Counted from the first letter of the stretch, positions 26,099-40,445 are shown. The stretch: DNA of 64,000 bases from Podarcis melisellensis (GCA_964234715.1 OZ174275.1), one strand, 5' to 3'. Numbers and translations: made by a program. The notes: generated by a model from the letters alone, not told the origin.

Positions 26099-26339
26099 CA
26101 GTGGTACCTCGGTTTATGAACTTAATCTGTTCCAGAAGTCCGTTCTTAAACCGAAACTGTTCTTAAACCGAGGCGTGCTTTCCCTAATGAGGCCTCCTGC
26201 CACCGGTGCCCTTCCACTGTTCGGATTCCGTTCATAGACCGAGGTAAAGTTCGTAAACCGGAACACTACTTCTGGTTTTGCAGAGTTTGTATACTGAATA
26301 GTTCATAAACAGGGCTGTTCTTAAACCGAGGTACCACTG
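26099..26339. mobile_element. Tc1/mariner-superfamily (Tigger-like) MITE
   Basis: 23-bp TIR CAGTGGTACCTCGGTTTA(T/A)GAAC, flanked by a TA TSD on both sides. Confidence 0.9.
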
Positions 26340-28178
26340 TACTGAGCATTTGCTTGGTAGCTGCTGAAGAAGTGTAGGGCCTTCACCTGCTCCCTCTGTT
26401 CTGTCTCTACCCAGGGACAGCAAAGCTTGCAAGCTGGGAACAAGCTGGTTTAAGCAGGAGCTCAGACACTCTAAGCAGCTCATGTTTTCAGATACCGTTA
26501 ATCCAGAGACGAGGGGACCTGTGGTGCTCCTGATGTTACTGGACTCTAGGTCCCACCATTCCTGCCCATGGGCCATGCTGGAGGGGACTTGTGGGATTTG
26601 GAGTCCAGGCATATCTTGAATGCCACAGGCTCTCCACCCCTGTATTAATCACAGAACTTTGCTGCCTTGAGCTCTGTGGGGAGGAAGGAGAGGATATCAA
26701 TTGAATTAGTAATAACAACAAGAATAACAAAATCCTCAGTATTATATATATATTTTTCAGTCTGAAATTCATATATTCAGGAATGGTAACTTTGTGTACC
26801 CGTAGGACCACTGCTGAGTTATTTTAAAAAGTGGTTTTAGGATTGTGGCCTGTATTTACCTCCTCAGAAGCTACTTCTGCATTCATTGGTGCCTTGCAAA
26901 TGTGGGGATGTGGGCATGGGGATTGCAGTGCCAAGGTGGGCAGGTCTTTCTCATGTCTTACACAGATGCATCCTTAGGAGCCCCTTGCCCTGGGTTGCTA
27001 TATCAAGAACCCTGGTGTGGGGGGCAGGAGGTTGCTGGCTGCTTACAATAGCACCGCAGGGCTGCCCATGAAGTTGGTCTGTGCTACTAATAAGCTCTTA
27101 CCTCAACATTTTGGAATTTCTCCTTCTCTGCATTCCTGGTCATGGGGATGTGGAGCATGCTCTCTCTCCCCCCCACCCGACATCCCCCAGGGGGGAAACT
27201 GTTTCCTTGAATTGGCTCCAAACTTATTTGGCACTCGATTGCTAAAATTGCTGACATCTGGTCAGTGTTATGCTTTAAACGTCATGAGGTTGGCCATAAA
27301 AAGCAGCCCCCTTTTAGGTCTCTTTATCCAAAAAAGCAGCCCCCAGCATCAACTAGTTGGAATGGATTGGGGGGGGGGATGCAGAAGAACTGTCGCCTAT
27401 AGGAAATTAGCCTCTTGTGCTGGCGAAAGCCTGTGGCTTCTGGAATCACTGGCTTTGCAGGGAAATCCCTTCCTGGAGTTGTTCAAAATTTTGTTTATCC
27501 CCTTTCTTCCTCTGCTTCCAAAAAGCTATGACACGGGTTCTGGTGACTAGGGTAGAATTTACATTGGGGGGGGGGATGGGACATTTTTGTAAAAACTCAA
27601 CAATTCTGGTGGTTTCCTGAAAAAAAGCACAACAAAAAAGGGGTGTCCTGTTGAAATATGGCAACCCTACAGGTGAGCAGCCATTGGCCCTTGTTAAATT
27701 GACTATTTGGACAGGAGGCTCTTGTTTCATGGGTCCAATGGACTTGTCTGTAAAACCCAATACTCATAAAAACTCTCACCAGTGCCATACAGGAGTCTAC
27801 CACCTTCCAAGCTTGAGCTAGGAATAGTTGTACAGTAGATGATATACATTCTTGGAGTTGGCTGCAGTCAGAGATGGAGGAGACAAAGGTGATAGCCATT
27901 TTCAAGATGCATCTGTCTTATTTGCATGATGGAGTTAAAAGATCATAACACCTTTCCAAGATGCATGCAGCATATCTGTACACCATCTGTGCAGGCAAGA
28001 AGAATCAAGGGCAGAGATAGTTGGTCAGATTAGGGAGAAGGGTCTCTTGTAAAGAAAATGCTGAATATATTAGCAAACAATATTATGCAATCTCTGCATT
28101 ACAAAAAGGAGGTTCACATAGGTTCACATCTTCTATTTTCTCCCTACTAGTATATTTTCTCCCTACTAGTCTCAGTTT

Positions 28179-28280
28179 TCTGACCAAACTGCGGGAGGCA
28201 GTGGAAGACAGGAGTGCCTGGCGTGCTCTGGTCCATGGGTTCACGAAGAGTCGGACACGACTAAACGACTAAACAACAAC
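28179..28280 (+). mobile_element. BovB (RTE) LINE extreme 3' end
   Basis: 'aaactgcgggaggcagtggaagacagg..gtccatggg..cacgaagagtcggacacgact' followed by (AAC)n. Perfect 11-bp TSD AGTCTCAGTTT at 28168-28178 and 28281-28291. Confidence 0.92.
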
Positions 28281-29019
28281 AGTCTCAGTTTGCGTTTCTT
28301 TCTAAAGCTGCGTGAGAGATAGTGCCATGGAGAATTGGGCTTGGTTATTCTACTTCCTTTGGAGTTGGCCTGTGACCACGTTCACTTTTTTGGATTAAGA
28401 GTCTATGACTGTAGGAGTCATAGACTTGTTGATTTGAAACATTATTTGATCTGAGGTTCTGCAGATATTGTTCCTCTTGCTCAAGAGACTGTGAAACAAC
28501 AGAGCCCTGTGGCAAGGCTTTCTATCAAGATGAATTTATAATCTGAGCAGAAGAGAGCCAGAGCAAGGAGAAATTGGGCTGCAGGAAGCTGACACTGTGG
28601 TATGACCAGAAAGTATAAGAAGTTCATTTTGACATAAGCTTTTATGGGCCAGTGCCCACTTCATCAGCTGAAGTGGCACAGCAAATGATTGAATTAACAG
28701 TCCTCAAGATTGTGCCCAAACTACCAGGATGTTGGTTGCCCTGCCTGCCTCTTTTCTCCATGGAGGCAATTTCTGAAACAAGAAGCAGGAGTGATTGCAA
28801 GCTGAAGTGTCGGATTGCATTGTCTCCATTTCTCTGCAGTGTGTCATTCAGCCACTAGATGTCTCAGTAAATTGCATTGAGATCCCCATAGAAAAAAAGC
28901 TCTTTCCCAAAATTAAAAATAACAATCTGGATTGTTTGCTTCTTCTGAAGAATCCCAGAAGTTGCTTGTAACATCTTAATTTGCAAGTTCTAGATAGAGT
29001 CAAATAGATACAGTGCTGG

Positions 29020-29195
29020 TCAAGAACTGGGGAGACTGGAGTTTAAATCCTTACTCTTGCTATGCAATGACACTGGTTTATCCCTGTCTCTCAGGTTAAC
29101 CTACCTCACAGGGTTGTTGTGAGGATAAAATAGGGAGGGAAAGAGCCTTGTCTGTCACTCTAATCACTTTGGAGGAAGTGTGGGATTGAAATGTA
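29020..29195 (+). mobile_element. CORE-type SINE (Squam3-like), degenerate
   Basis: Core 'tctctcag..aacctacctcacagggttgttgtgaggataaa'. Other copies near 33680-33870 (+), 47385-47598 (+) and 55200-55365 (-). Confidence 0.6.
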
Positions 29196-29373
29196 ATGGG
29201 TAGTAATTTTATCTCAGCTTTTCCTCAGAACCCTGTCTCCTTCACAGTTAGGCTGCATCTAGGAGCCAGTTACTTACTGGCAAAGGTTATCATGCAAGCA
29301 ATAAGGGCCCTAGAACATCAGACTTATAAAGAGACCTCTCACTAAAACAACAGTGCCATTCAAGGCTTCTTTT

Positions 29374-30140
29374 TCCAGAGGAGCAGCCATGTTAGTCTGT
29401 TGCAACAAGAAACAAGTCTCATGGCATATTAAAGGCCAACACATGTATTTTGGCATAAGCACTCATGGGCTCCATCAGATGTTGTCCTCAGCTGGAAAGG
29501 ATATGTATATGCATGGGTACAGAGGTAATAAACTATATAGTAAGATCAGATGAAAATTAAATGGGAAAAATTATTCTCTGACAATTACATGAAGCTTAAA
29601 TGTAAGCGAAATAAGCACTTGCCTGGCTTAAAACATGACTTGATCTGAGTAACCATTTGCAGCAGCAGTAATTGATGGCAATACAAGCATCCTAGAATCG
29701 CTAATTAAAGTCTTTATTGAGATAGGCAACCATCGCCTCTATTCAGGCAGAACTGAATGCCCTGATAAGTTGCAATTCAGCAGTTTCATGCTGATGTGAC
29801 CCTTTTAAAGTTCCTTTGTTAAAGAATGACAACTTTAAGGCCAGCAGTGGAATGCCCTGGGCAGTTGAAATGTTCTCCCACTGGTTTCCACATGTCCTTT
29901 CTGATGTCAGATTTGGGTCCATTTATGCTTTCATAGAGACTGAATGCAGAAGAGCATTGCTGACGGATGGTACACGTATTGTGTTGGTAGATGAGCAGGT
30001 GAGCGGATTCTTGATGTTCTGACTGATGTTACTAGCTCTCAAAATAGTTGTGAGGCAGTTGGCATCTGGGTTTGCTTCAGGTCCCTGTTGTTTGTGTCTT
30101 TTGGGGGTTGTCTGTTGCTGAAGTAACCCTTCGATACATC
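29374..30140 (-). mobile_element. Penelope-like element fragment (GIY-YIG endonuclease region plus terminal repeat)
   Basis: Minus-strand remnants with frameshifts: PRCQL, LTCSSTNTI, INGPKSDIRKD, KPVGEHFNCPGHS, LKVVIL. The terminus 'gcagccatgttagtctg..ggcataagc..catcagatg' is typical of squamate Penelope elements. Confidence 0.75.
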
Positions 30141-33100
30141 CTGTTTTTATAGCATATTCATGGTGATTTGTTCTCATGATGCTGTTGGGGCAGTCACATG
30201 AGAACCTGCTTTCAATACTGTTTGTGCTGGAAAGAGATGAGAATGCTACAACTAAAGCTCTACAGTGGGGTAGCCAGAAGAGTGCTTTTAGATGTTGTTG
30301 GACTACAAGTACTATCATCCCTGACCATTGGCAAAGCTGGCAGAGGCTGATGGGAGTTGGAGTCCAACAACATCAGGAAGGCACTACGTTACCTACCCCT
30401 GCGCTCAATTGAGGAGTTTGTACAGGCTAACAATCTGTGTATTTATTGTGCTATAAAGTGACTGGGCTGAGAGGTCCTAAATCATTGATAGTTCCTTGAA
30501 TGGGTTTGCTTAGTAAAATCAGCAAGTGGAGATTGTGTGCTCTTCAGTTTGCTTCTCACCGGAACTCCCTGTTGCCTCATATACAAGTAGTACATATATA
30601 GTTTTTAAAGAGGCCGCTACTGAGATACGGAGATGAGTATCTCATGACCTTGTAAATACTGCCATGCTTAATGGAGTAGATCAGCAATTCCTTGGTGTGA
30701 TGTCATCACCCCTGGGGTGCCAAGGTAAAAGGCGCCTTTGAAGCCCACTAAAGTGAATGTGTATGTTGAGTTAAGGATTAGCACACTTGATCCATCTGAA
30801 ACTACAAGGGTGGGGGGATTATGGTTGAGCAGAACCTTGGCAATGAGAAGGATTAAGGGGCAGAAGGGTGGGGAAAGAGAGATCACTAGGCAAATGCTAG
30901 TATAAACAGGTAATGGAGCAGACCCTCAGCTGCATAAACACACAGGCAGAGCGTGACCCAACAGAGGGAATATTGTTCCTCCTATAGCCCTCTTAAAATG
31001 TGCAGAACCCTTGGGCTTGAGGAATGTGGTCTAATTTATGGGCCTGCAGAGGGAGTATCCCTCATCCTGTAAATTGTGTTACAATCCCCTACTTTTCTAG
31101 GAATACGTTCCTGTGTATATTTATCATTAGGATGAATGTTTTATAGAGGTACAGAAATGTTGCATTTCTGAACTGTGTTTCTGAATGCATTGCTCCCTCT
31201 TATAGTAAGCAAACATAGAAGGAATAAAGATGAAAGTTTCTGAAAGCCTCCAAGCTAAAATTGCACAGGATTCCACACCTTCCCTCTTTATTGTTCTGTG
31301 GGTTGTCTTTGCCATGTGTGTGTTCCACTTTCCCTGAATTTTGTTGTAGGAGAAATTTCTACAATTAACTCAAGAGCTGAAAGATATGCATTTTGATAGG
31401 CCCATCAGTTCAATTCCTCCTTCTCTTCCTCCCTCATATGAATATGTGCATTCATAAAACACTGCCAAAAAGAAAAAGTGGTGATGGGGGCTGTACATAT
31501 GAACTCATCACAGTTATTTTTTGTGGGATTTGATGGCTGGATTTGCTCTTGCACATTGGTAAAAACACACACAAAAGGAATGTATTTTGTGTGTGTGTTG
31601 TAAACTGCCTTGAGCATGGTTTTAACTATGGAAAGGCGGCATACAAATAAAATTATGTATGGATGTATATCCTGTCTGAAAGCCTGGAGAGCCACTGCTA
31701 AGTCAGTGCTGACATTATTGGCCTTGATGGATAAATAGCCCGACTCAGTATAAAGCAGCTTCCTATATTCCTGTGAGAAATCAGCTCATGAGGCTGCCTG
31801 TGGCTTTTGAGTGAAATCTCCTCTTCCTCGGCTGCTTTTATTCCTACCCAGCCCTCCAGCTGCAAAAAACTTCGGAGCTCTGACCCTTGGGCTGCAACAG
31901 GCAGAGATGCAGGGGGCAGGGGCAAAAAGAGAGAGGAATTTCCAGCACTGCAGGGCATGGTCTTTTGCTCAGTCTCTGACAAATATACCATGAAAAAAGA
32001 CTTCCATAGTGTGCCCTCAAAGTACATTTGGCCAGGAGATTATACAACCAAGGAAAATTCAGCTCTGTAGCTAGAAGGAAAATTGATTTTTTTTTTTAAG
32101 GGAGGGGATCACGGTGGAATGCCCTGCCACTTCAGACACTAAGAGCTGCCCACGCATCTGGCAGCTTTCCAGTCTGTTGTTTTAATGCTACAAAGCAGCG
32201 AGAAATATATAGTTTCCCGACTGGGGAAATGACAGCTGGTTTTTGTACAGAGTGCATGGCCAGTGCTGTCACACACACCCTGCTGCAGATGTGCAGGGTT
32301 GCAAGATTTCACTGATTGATCAGTATGATTAACTGGTTGCACTTTTTCCAACGGGAGCTTGAAACGGGAGTTTGACCTCATCGAAAGGACATTGTTTGAT
32401 GTAAATAACATAACAACCCCCACCAAACCTATAAAAATTTGCCTCTAAATTACCTCTTACAGACTTTTACTTCCAAGCAAGCCAGCAAGCCAGCAAGCCA
32501 GCAAGAGCTTCAATCTGTCCCCAGTTTAAATCAAGATCAGCTATTCTCTGTTAGGATCTGCATCAGTAGGTGGCACTCTTTCATCTGATCACACTAAAGT
32601 TGGATTTACTAACTGCACAATTCCTTCCTTTTGAAACAGATAATGCGAAGGAAGTGTGTATGCTTTTATTGGCTGGGGGTGATTCTGCTGGTGCAATTTT
32701 GGTCAGCTAAAGTTCTATGTAGGCACTGTCCTTTGCTCCAAAAAATGGAGAGGCTCTTGTGATTGCTGAGCTATATGCTGGTTTAAGTCCTCTAGTGGTC
32801 ATTTAGCTTTAGAGCATGGTTGGCTGTGATGGTGGCACCTATACAAACTCACACTGTGTTTGGTTCATCTTTCTTAGTAATTCATAGGCACCATTCCGGT
32901 AAATAAGCTGCTGCTGTTAGTTTTGGTGCTGTAATACAAATCTGGGTTTGTGAGACGGTTCTCTTCCTCCTGAACACATGGCTCCAGAAGCCAATGTTTA
33001 ATGTCTAATCTATTAACCTGGAAGTGAGAATTCAACAGCAGCAATTTGTTTCAAAAGTTTTCCTGCTCCACCCTGTGTGGCTTTCCTCCTGGATGTTTAG

Positions 33101-34028
33101 CTTCAAGGACCAGAGGGAGGGGGAGGGGGAGAGAGAAGCTCGAATGAGCATTTAAGAGGAGGTTGAAGATGCTTCTTGCATTGGTCTGCATCCATCTGCC
33201 ACTAGAGATTTGTTTCTTCCCAGATTCCAGGGCGGAAAGAGCATGGGAAGAGGCGAACTCTGCCCCATGCATTCCCCTTCTGGGACCATCAGGGATGCTC
33301 ACGTGTCTGAGGATTTGCAAAGGTCAGTGAAACAAATGCATTCTGTTTTCATGGCTCATGTAATGAAGAGCTATGAAGGGTGTTGGCTTGCTCTGAATCC
33401 AAAGTGCAAACACATTTTTCTTCTCCTCCAATTTTATGTATACTGTACCAGGCCACAAATTCAAACAAAGGACAACATATACAGCAAAGAATCTAGTGGT
33501 TCTTTTTCCTATCATTGCATCTATATAACTTGCAGTCCAACCGTCTGTCTTTATCTAAGGAAGTCAGTGTTCTGTATTGGTTGTGTAGATAGCTATCATG
33601 ACAGTTGAGCATGCTGACTGGGACTGATGGCAGTTATGTTTTAACAATATATGGAAGACACTACATGGGCTAGTTAGACATTAAGAGTATTGTACTAGGA
33701 CCAGGGAGATCCAATTTCAGGTTCCAACTCAGCCATGAAGCTCACCAGGTGATCGTGGATCAGTCTGTATCTCTCAGCCTAGCCTACCTCAAAAGGTTGT
33801 TGTGAGGATAACATTAAGAGTGGCATCACATGGACCAGTTATGAGCTTCTTGGGGAAAGGGTGGGCTGAAACTGTATTGGGGGTGGGAGGCAAAACACAC
33901 CCACCCACCACCATTCTGATAGCTTCGTTCTATGAAGTGCGTCTGAGACTTCTGTGCCGCCACTGCAGCTCAGCCAATCTGCTTGAGGGGTGTCTTCCAC
34001 AGAATTTATGTGTAAAAAATACACTATT

Positions 34029-34059
34029 CCTAACTATAGGACCTAACTATAGGACCTAA
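34029..34059. repeat. 13-bp tandem repeat (CCTAACTATAGGA, about 2.4 copies)
   Basis: Directly visible. Confidence 0.85.
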
Positions 34060-34077
34060 TTTATTGTGCAGTTATTA

Positions 34078-34389
34078 CTGTATTTTTTGCTCTATAAGAC
34101 GCACTTTCCCCCTCCTAAAAAGTAAGGGGAAATGTGTGTGCATCTTATGGAGCAAATGCACGCTGCGCAGCTATCGCTGAAACCAGAAGAGCAAGAGGGA
34201 TTGGTGCGCAGCGATCCCTCTTGCTCTTCTGGCTTCAGGGATGGCCGCGCAAAGCCTCTTGAGCACAGTCGGAGCACTCCTGCCTCTTCGCTCAAGAGGC
34301 TTTGCGTTGCTTTCTTGTTTCTTGTTTTCCTCCTCTAAAAACTAGGTGCGTCTTATGGGCGGGTGTGTCTTATAGAGCGAAAAATACGG
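34078..34389. mobile_element. pogo/Tigger-type MITE
   Basis: TIRs C(C/T)GTATTTTT(T/C)GCTCTATAAGAC with TA TSDs. Internal hairpin ccagaagagcaagagggat..atccctcttgctcttctgg (about 34183-34232). Confidence 0.85.
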
Positions 34390-35623
34390 TAACTTCTGTT
34401 TTGGAAGGGACAAGTCCGTTTATCTATATTGTACAACAGTTGCATGGCAGGCTTTGGTCATATACAGAAAAAATCCTTGCCTCAGTTGCCTCATATAAGT
34501 CAGACTCTAGGTGAAAAAAGTAAAAAATTAAAAATAAAGTAGCAGACAGAAATAATTATTGTAGCACAATAAATAACAACCAAACCTATAAGAAAGCAAA
34601 CAATATAAATTTTAGCAGCACAGCAAGAAGACGAAGAACAATAGTAACTGACTAGTAAGCATTGTGGCAAGATCCCATCCTGGTTATGTAATATCTATTG
34701 ATAGCCAAGAGCAGCCACTTATGTAAACTGCTGCAAGGGAAAAATGGAAAAAAATAAATATTAAATGACCTGGAGTCATTCAGAAACAGCTCTTCCTTGA
34801 AACAGAAAGCTCAAGGTTGCCAGTGCTCTTTTTTTAGCATGCAGGATCAACATACAGACAATGTGCTAATACAGCACTGGAAAATTTTGAGGCCCTTTGT
34901 TAGTGGAAATTAATGTGAATAGCATCATATTCCTGCTGGGGACTCTGGGATGTGCAGTCCCAGCCCCCTTCTTGGCATAATAAGACATTCTGATCTGAGC
35001 ACCTGCAATTGCCACTTCTTCCTTCTTTCCTTGGGTAGGTTTCACAGGTCCCTAGGAGGGCAAGGAATAGGGAAGATGGTTGAGGTAGTAGCAATGGGTA
35101 CTTGTGTATTTGACTCCTCATGACACCCCTATACTTTATACAAACCTTTTCTCTGTGTGTAGCCATGCTGTTTCCCCATTCTATACCTCTCCTTCACTGA
35201 TTGCATCCAGACTATCATGATGAGAAGGAGCCTAGATGAACAGGACTTGCGCATTCACCTGTCCTCTAGCATGGACATGAGAAGGAGATTGGAAGCTGCA
35301 TTAATTGTACTTTACCTTTATGTCAAACTGTGCTTAATCCTTGCTATGGTTCGTTGAAACAAGCAAGTTTCATAAGCCATGGTTTTAAATTAGCTTGTTT
35401 TAAACATACCAGAGAAACTAACCATGGTCTGCCAGGTTCGAATAAAACAAGAAGCTGTGAGTTAATGAAAAAACCCAGAAACAATTTCTTCCAAACTCTT
35501 TTTTGCAGCTGTGCTGGAAGACTAATGTGGAGAAAGTTCACAGGCCCTAGGCTTGCCAAGGTTCATTCCTGTTTTAACAAATCATGGTTTATCATGATAT
35601 GCTAACCCAGCCACTGCATTTTA

Positions 35624-35829
35624 CAGTCATACCTCATGTTGCGTCCACTTCAGGTTGCGTTTTTTTGGGTTGCGGACTGCCGGAACCCGGAAGTACCAGA
35701 ACGGGTTACTTCTGGGTTTTGGCAGTTGTACATGCGCAGAAGCGCCAAATCACAACCTGCGCATGCGAACACTGAGGGTTGCGAACGTGCATCCCACACG
35801 GATCATGTTCGCAACCCGAGCGTCCACTG
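35624..35829. mobile_element. Tc1/mariner-superfamily MITE
   Basis: TA-flanked CAGT...ACTG termini, imperfect TIRs and internal GGGTTGCG repeats. Confidence 0.75.
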
Positions 35830-38506
35830 TACTTACAATCTATTACTTTTGTTTTGTTGAGAATGTTGTGATCCTTGAGGGGACAGTAGATATTTTAGTG
35901 TTCCCTACAAATACTATGGACCCTAGTATTCCACTTTTGACTGTTATGCTCGGATCTTACACTTCACTCTGTCCATTTGCAGTGACAGAGTATCTGCCCT
36001 GCGCAGTCTGTTAGGTTACTGAGCCACAAGCAACTTGTTATTGCAAACTAGTGTGGTGTTTTTCCCTTCTTCGGAAATCTAAGTTAATGGCCATGTGTAC
36101 ATTATTAAACAGGCTGTTGGACAGCAGCCAGAGGAGTCTGGGAGCCAAGACTTGGTTCAGCCTGAACATTGTGTTCTCAGGACAGTTGCTCAGGGGATCT
36201 GGGCAAACCTGGGCAAACCCGAGAGCAGGAGGAGAGTGAGGAGCAACTTAGGGTTTTCCTCTTGGCGTGGCCTGTATCTATGCCTCTTCTTAACTTGATG
36301 GCATTAAGAGTATTTGTGCTGCCTTTCTATCACCTTCCAGCACAGACACACCCGCTCTCTTGTTCTTGGGAATCCAAAACATGTGGGTGTGTTTTTTTTT
36401 TAATACAGCAAGGTATCCAGGGAATGTTCTATCTTTTAACTCAGAGAGCAAGGCTGGAGCCTGTCCCCCCACCCCGCTCTGCTTTGGAAACTTACTTAGA
36501 ACACCTTCATCTTGTGGCAGCTCACATTAAGAACAGCAAGTAGATGGCAGGCACACTGTTTATCTCTGCACTTTGTCTCCGCAGGGTTCCTACAACCAGT
36601 TTGATTTTTAATTAATTTTTTTTCTGGTGGCAAAACTCTCTTCCACTCATTGGGATGCATATTTACCCAGGTTTTGAAGACTTGAAGGCATACCTCCTAC
36701 TTCCAACTGTAGCAAAGATACACCTTTCTCCTCTCTATTTTGCACAGGCAAAATATGGCATCAGTAGTACTGGCAGCCAAGAAGGTCCTGTATTAGATTT
36801 ACACAAAAGTGTGGTTGGGATATACTTCATCTGATGATGGGGAAAGGGGCCTAATAATTTCCCAACATCGCATTAGTTGCTTTAACAATACCACTTACCT
36901 TAAGCAGTGGGCGGCTTTGCCAGCTGCCATAGCAGCTGCAGCAATGATTCCTGAGCTCTGCCTCCAGTTGGATAGTTTAGATTTAGCCAGCCTGCCAAAT
37001 TGGGTCAATGGCAGGCAGGCTCAGGGCAGGCTCACTCTGGGGTAGGGGGTGGGCCTGACTCCATGCAGGTCCACTCCCCAGGAGCAGTCAGGCTGGTTGA
37101 TATCGGTTGTAATCCAATGCCTTTACCAAACCTCTTGAATTTGTCATCAATAAAGTTTTGGCCTGATTTGAACCATATAAGGTTGTCACAAGTGGTCTTT
37201 GGTCAGTGGTGGCCTGCAGGGCAGTGGGCAGCATGGCACCTGGGCATGCAAAGAAGTGCTATAAATGACTCCATCCTCAGGTCCTTGCCTAAATTCTCAG
37301 GCCTTGTGACATCTCTCAGTGGTAGCTTTACCCTATAGAATTTTTCCTCCACTGGGTTTTTTTGTTTCCTGCATGAAGTAGCCAGGGCTTCTTCCACCAG
37401 GAGCAAGAGTGGAAACCCCCTATTCTTCACCATCTGGTCTAGAGAGTTTAACAATTCACTGCACTCAGGAATGTTGGGTGAATAGGCATGCTTCTGCTGC
37501 AGAGGGATTCCTTCTGGGGAGCAATAGAACCACTTCAGTAACTGCTCTGTTCTCACAGGGGCCAACCAGATGTTCATGGGAAGCCAGAAAACAGACCCTG
37601 AGCAAAACAGCACTCCCCTGCCCTGTGATTCCCAGTAACCTGAATTCCCAGCACAGTTCCTCAGTCTATGGAGGTAGAACACAACTGTCATGGCAAATGG
37701 TAACCTTGTTCTCCATGAATTTTTCGAATCCTCTTTTAAACCCATTCCAAGTTGGTGGCTGTCACTGCCTCTCCAGCCCAGGACTTTTCCACATAGACCA
37801 CGAGTAACTCCTTTTTCCCTTCCCTTCCCCCGCTGAGAGCTATGCAAGGCCTCTTCCATCTGGAAGCTGGAGTAGTCAGAGAGGCTGTCTCCATTTGACA
37901 GTTTATGGGAATCCAGCTTGCTGCCCCCCAGTCTCCTGCTCTTGCTACAACTTTTCAGAAAAGCCCCACCTCTAACTCTAGTCATTCTCTTGCCACCCAC
38001 TCACTCTATAGACATATTATTTGGCTTGGTGCTTGAGAAATGGCTGGGAACAGGAAGTAGGTTTTGTGTCACACTGTCTGGATCAGAGGCGAAGCTTTCC
38101 TCCTACAAGGCTAGGGAGAGATGCTTCTGGGATGTGTCATTGCTTTCCAGCTATGAGGGCAACTTTGGAACACCTGCCTTTAGCAGCTTGAGGCTACAGT
38201 CGCTGCTCATGAAAGGAAAAAGAAAAGCAATTGTGCTTCTATTCCCTAGCCTGACGTGGGGAGATCTTCCTTTCCCTCTTGCCAGTATCAAAACATGCCC
38301 AGTATCAGCATAAGGAGTGGAAGCGTGTTCCTCTTCAAGATCTTCCAGCTGCCTGGATTGTCCTCCCTTTGGCCAGAATGAGTTTAGAGCATCTCCCACA
38401 CAGAGTTTCACACAAAGCTAATTTGGCATTAGGGGCAGTATCCAGCGCGCACATTCCTTCAGCGCAGTGATTTATGCTTCTGCAACAGAACTTCCCCCCT
38501 CTCTTC

Positions 38507-38508
<2 letters not shown>

Positions 38509-38540
<32 letters not shown>
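38509..38540. repeat. (TG)n microsatellite
   Basis: Directly visible. Confidence 0.9.
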
Positions 38541-38541
<1 letters not shown>

Positions 38542-40445
38542 CCTGCATCTTCCCCAGATCTGCTCTGGAGGGTTGGGGGAACCCCTAGAACAGGTTTAGT
38601 GGGTGGGTGGGGAGTTCCATTGCTCAAGTGTAAATCCTTGTGCTGATGGGATGATTAGCTGAATACCACACTAGGAGCCTCTCCAGACTTGTGTCTTTTT
38701 GCAGGAGTATTCAGCACTTTGCCATTGATGCAATAATGGTGCATTAGTGCTGAATTTACACTGGGCTGTCCACACATCATCTCAGTTTATTAGTTGTTCT
38801 GTGATGCTTCCCCAACAGTAGTCATTACACCTTTGCTATATGGAAGGGCCCTCTTGCACCACAGTGTAATAAAAGTGGACCACCACCCCAAGCATTTGTA
38901 GCATAAAATGTTACGGGATTTCAGCAGCAGATTATGGGATTTATTGGAAATGGAGCAGTACGTCTGCCCCAAAACATTTTCAGGCTCAAACAATATGGAA
39001 AGCAGTACTGCATATAACGGTCCTCATGCCTTCATGAGTAGAGATTATGATGGATGCACAATAAAAAGGTTGTTTGGAGGGGATCTAGGATAAAAATAGG
39101 AAAAATAAGGGGTGGAGGTGCCATATGGTTTGGAGATTTCCTCCAGTATTTCACTATATATAAGCAGCGCCTTTGGTTCCTGCTCTGTCTGTGTTCACCT
39201 GCAGGTTTTGTGGTGATGAGGTGTACTTAGTCAACTCGTTCAAGCCCTGACAAAATGCCGTGTGTTGATATGCCCTTAGGAAGCCATGGAAAGATTGAGA
39301 TAATTTTGTATTTGCATTTTTGTCTGCCTCTCTCATAATTTTTAATGAAGTTAGCATTCTCAAGATTCCAACAAGATTGCAGGTTGCACAAGAGGAGACT
39401 GAGGTGCCATCTAGCCACTGGCCCTCAAGACATGTATATCAAGTGGGTGTAGCCAGTGCTAAAAGTTTAAAATGTATGGGGATTCTGAAGCCTGCATGTA
39501 CAATGCAAATTAAGCAAATACATACTTAGCATAACTCCGCTCATGGAGAAGTGCAGATGTTACTTGAACTCATCCCTTAGTTGCATCACTTTGTGCATTT
39601 TCTCTGCACAAATCATTCCCTACAGAGTTACTATCAAACATTGCTAACAAAACCCAGCTGTATCTATGCATGTGGGAATGATAGTGTTCCTGAAAATTAC
39701 CTTTTTTGTTCATGAATTTGGGGCTTTGTTGTTGTGCTGTGTTTGTATTGTTTGGGGCTCAAGCAATGAATCACATCGTTTTTCAGTGGAAATCTTTTGT
39801 ACTCAATATTTCCCAGGATTTCTGCGTGCCTTTTTTTTTTTTTAAGCTATAAATTTTTAATGTTTCCCCAATGAAATGCAGTTGACAGAGCCTGGAAAGA
39901 AGCTGTTGGAATTTCAGGAATGTTGTCGCTGCTTGGAAAAATGGAGTGTGTGCTTGTCCCTGGACACTCACTTCCTTTTTGCTCACTTCATCAGCGGCAA
40001 GGCACATGGAAGTAACGCTAGCACAATTCAGAACATCATGCAAGACATCTCCAGGCAGCAGCTCCAGAGAGTGAAGCAGCACCTGTCTAAAACTGGGAAG
40101 CATTGGGGGATGTAGCAAATGGGAATAGCTTTCATTGTAAGGAAAGGGTTTGGGGGTGGGTTGAGGGGTGGATGACAGTAGGTTTCTAATCAGTAGTGTC
40201 ATCTCAAGATGAATTTGACAAGTGACTCTGATGGATTACGTAGTGTCTTTGTCAGCTGATCCAGGGTGTGCATTATCTTGCTGGTCCTGTATGCCAGTTG
40301 GCCTGACTGCTGTCCATTAGTTTCAGGATAGTAAGGGTTCAGCTTAGATCTGATGGAATGCGTAATGAGCAATATGCTGTAGCAGCTGCTCTGTTCAGGA
40401 ATGGATTGATTTATCTAGCATACCCACGTTCATGTAAGGCAGTTA

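Noticed and set aside
37203-38000. 265-aa minus-strand ORF
   Set aside because: Non-ATG start, no recognisable domain and random-looking composition; probably a chance ORF.
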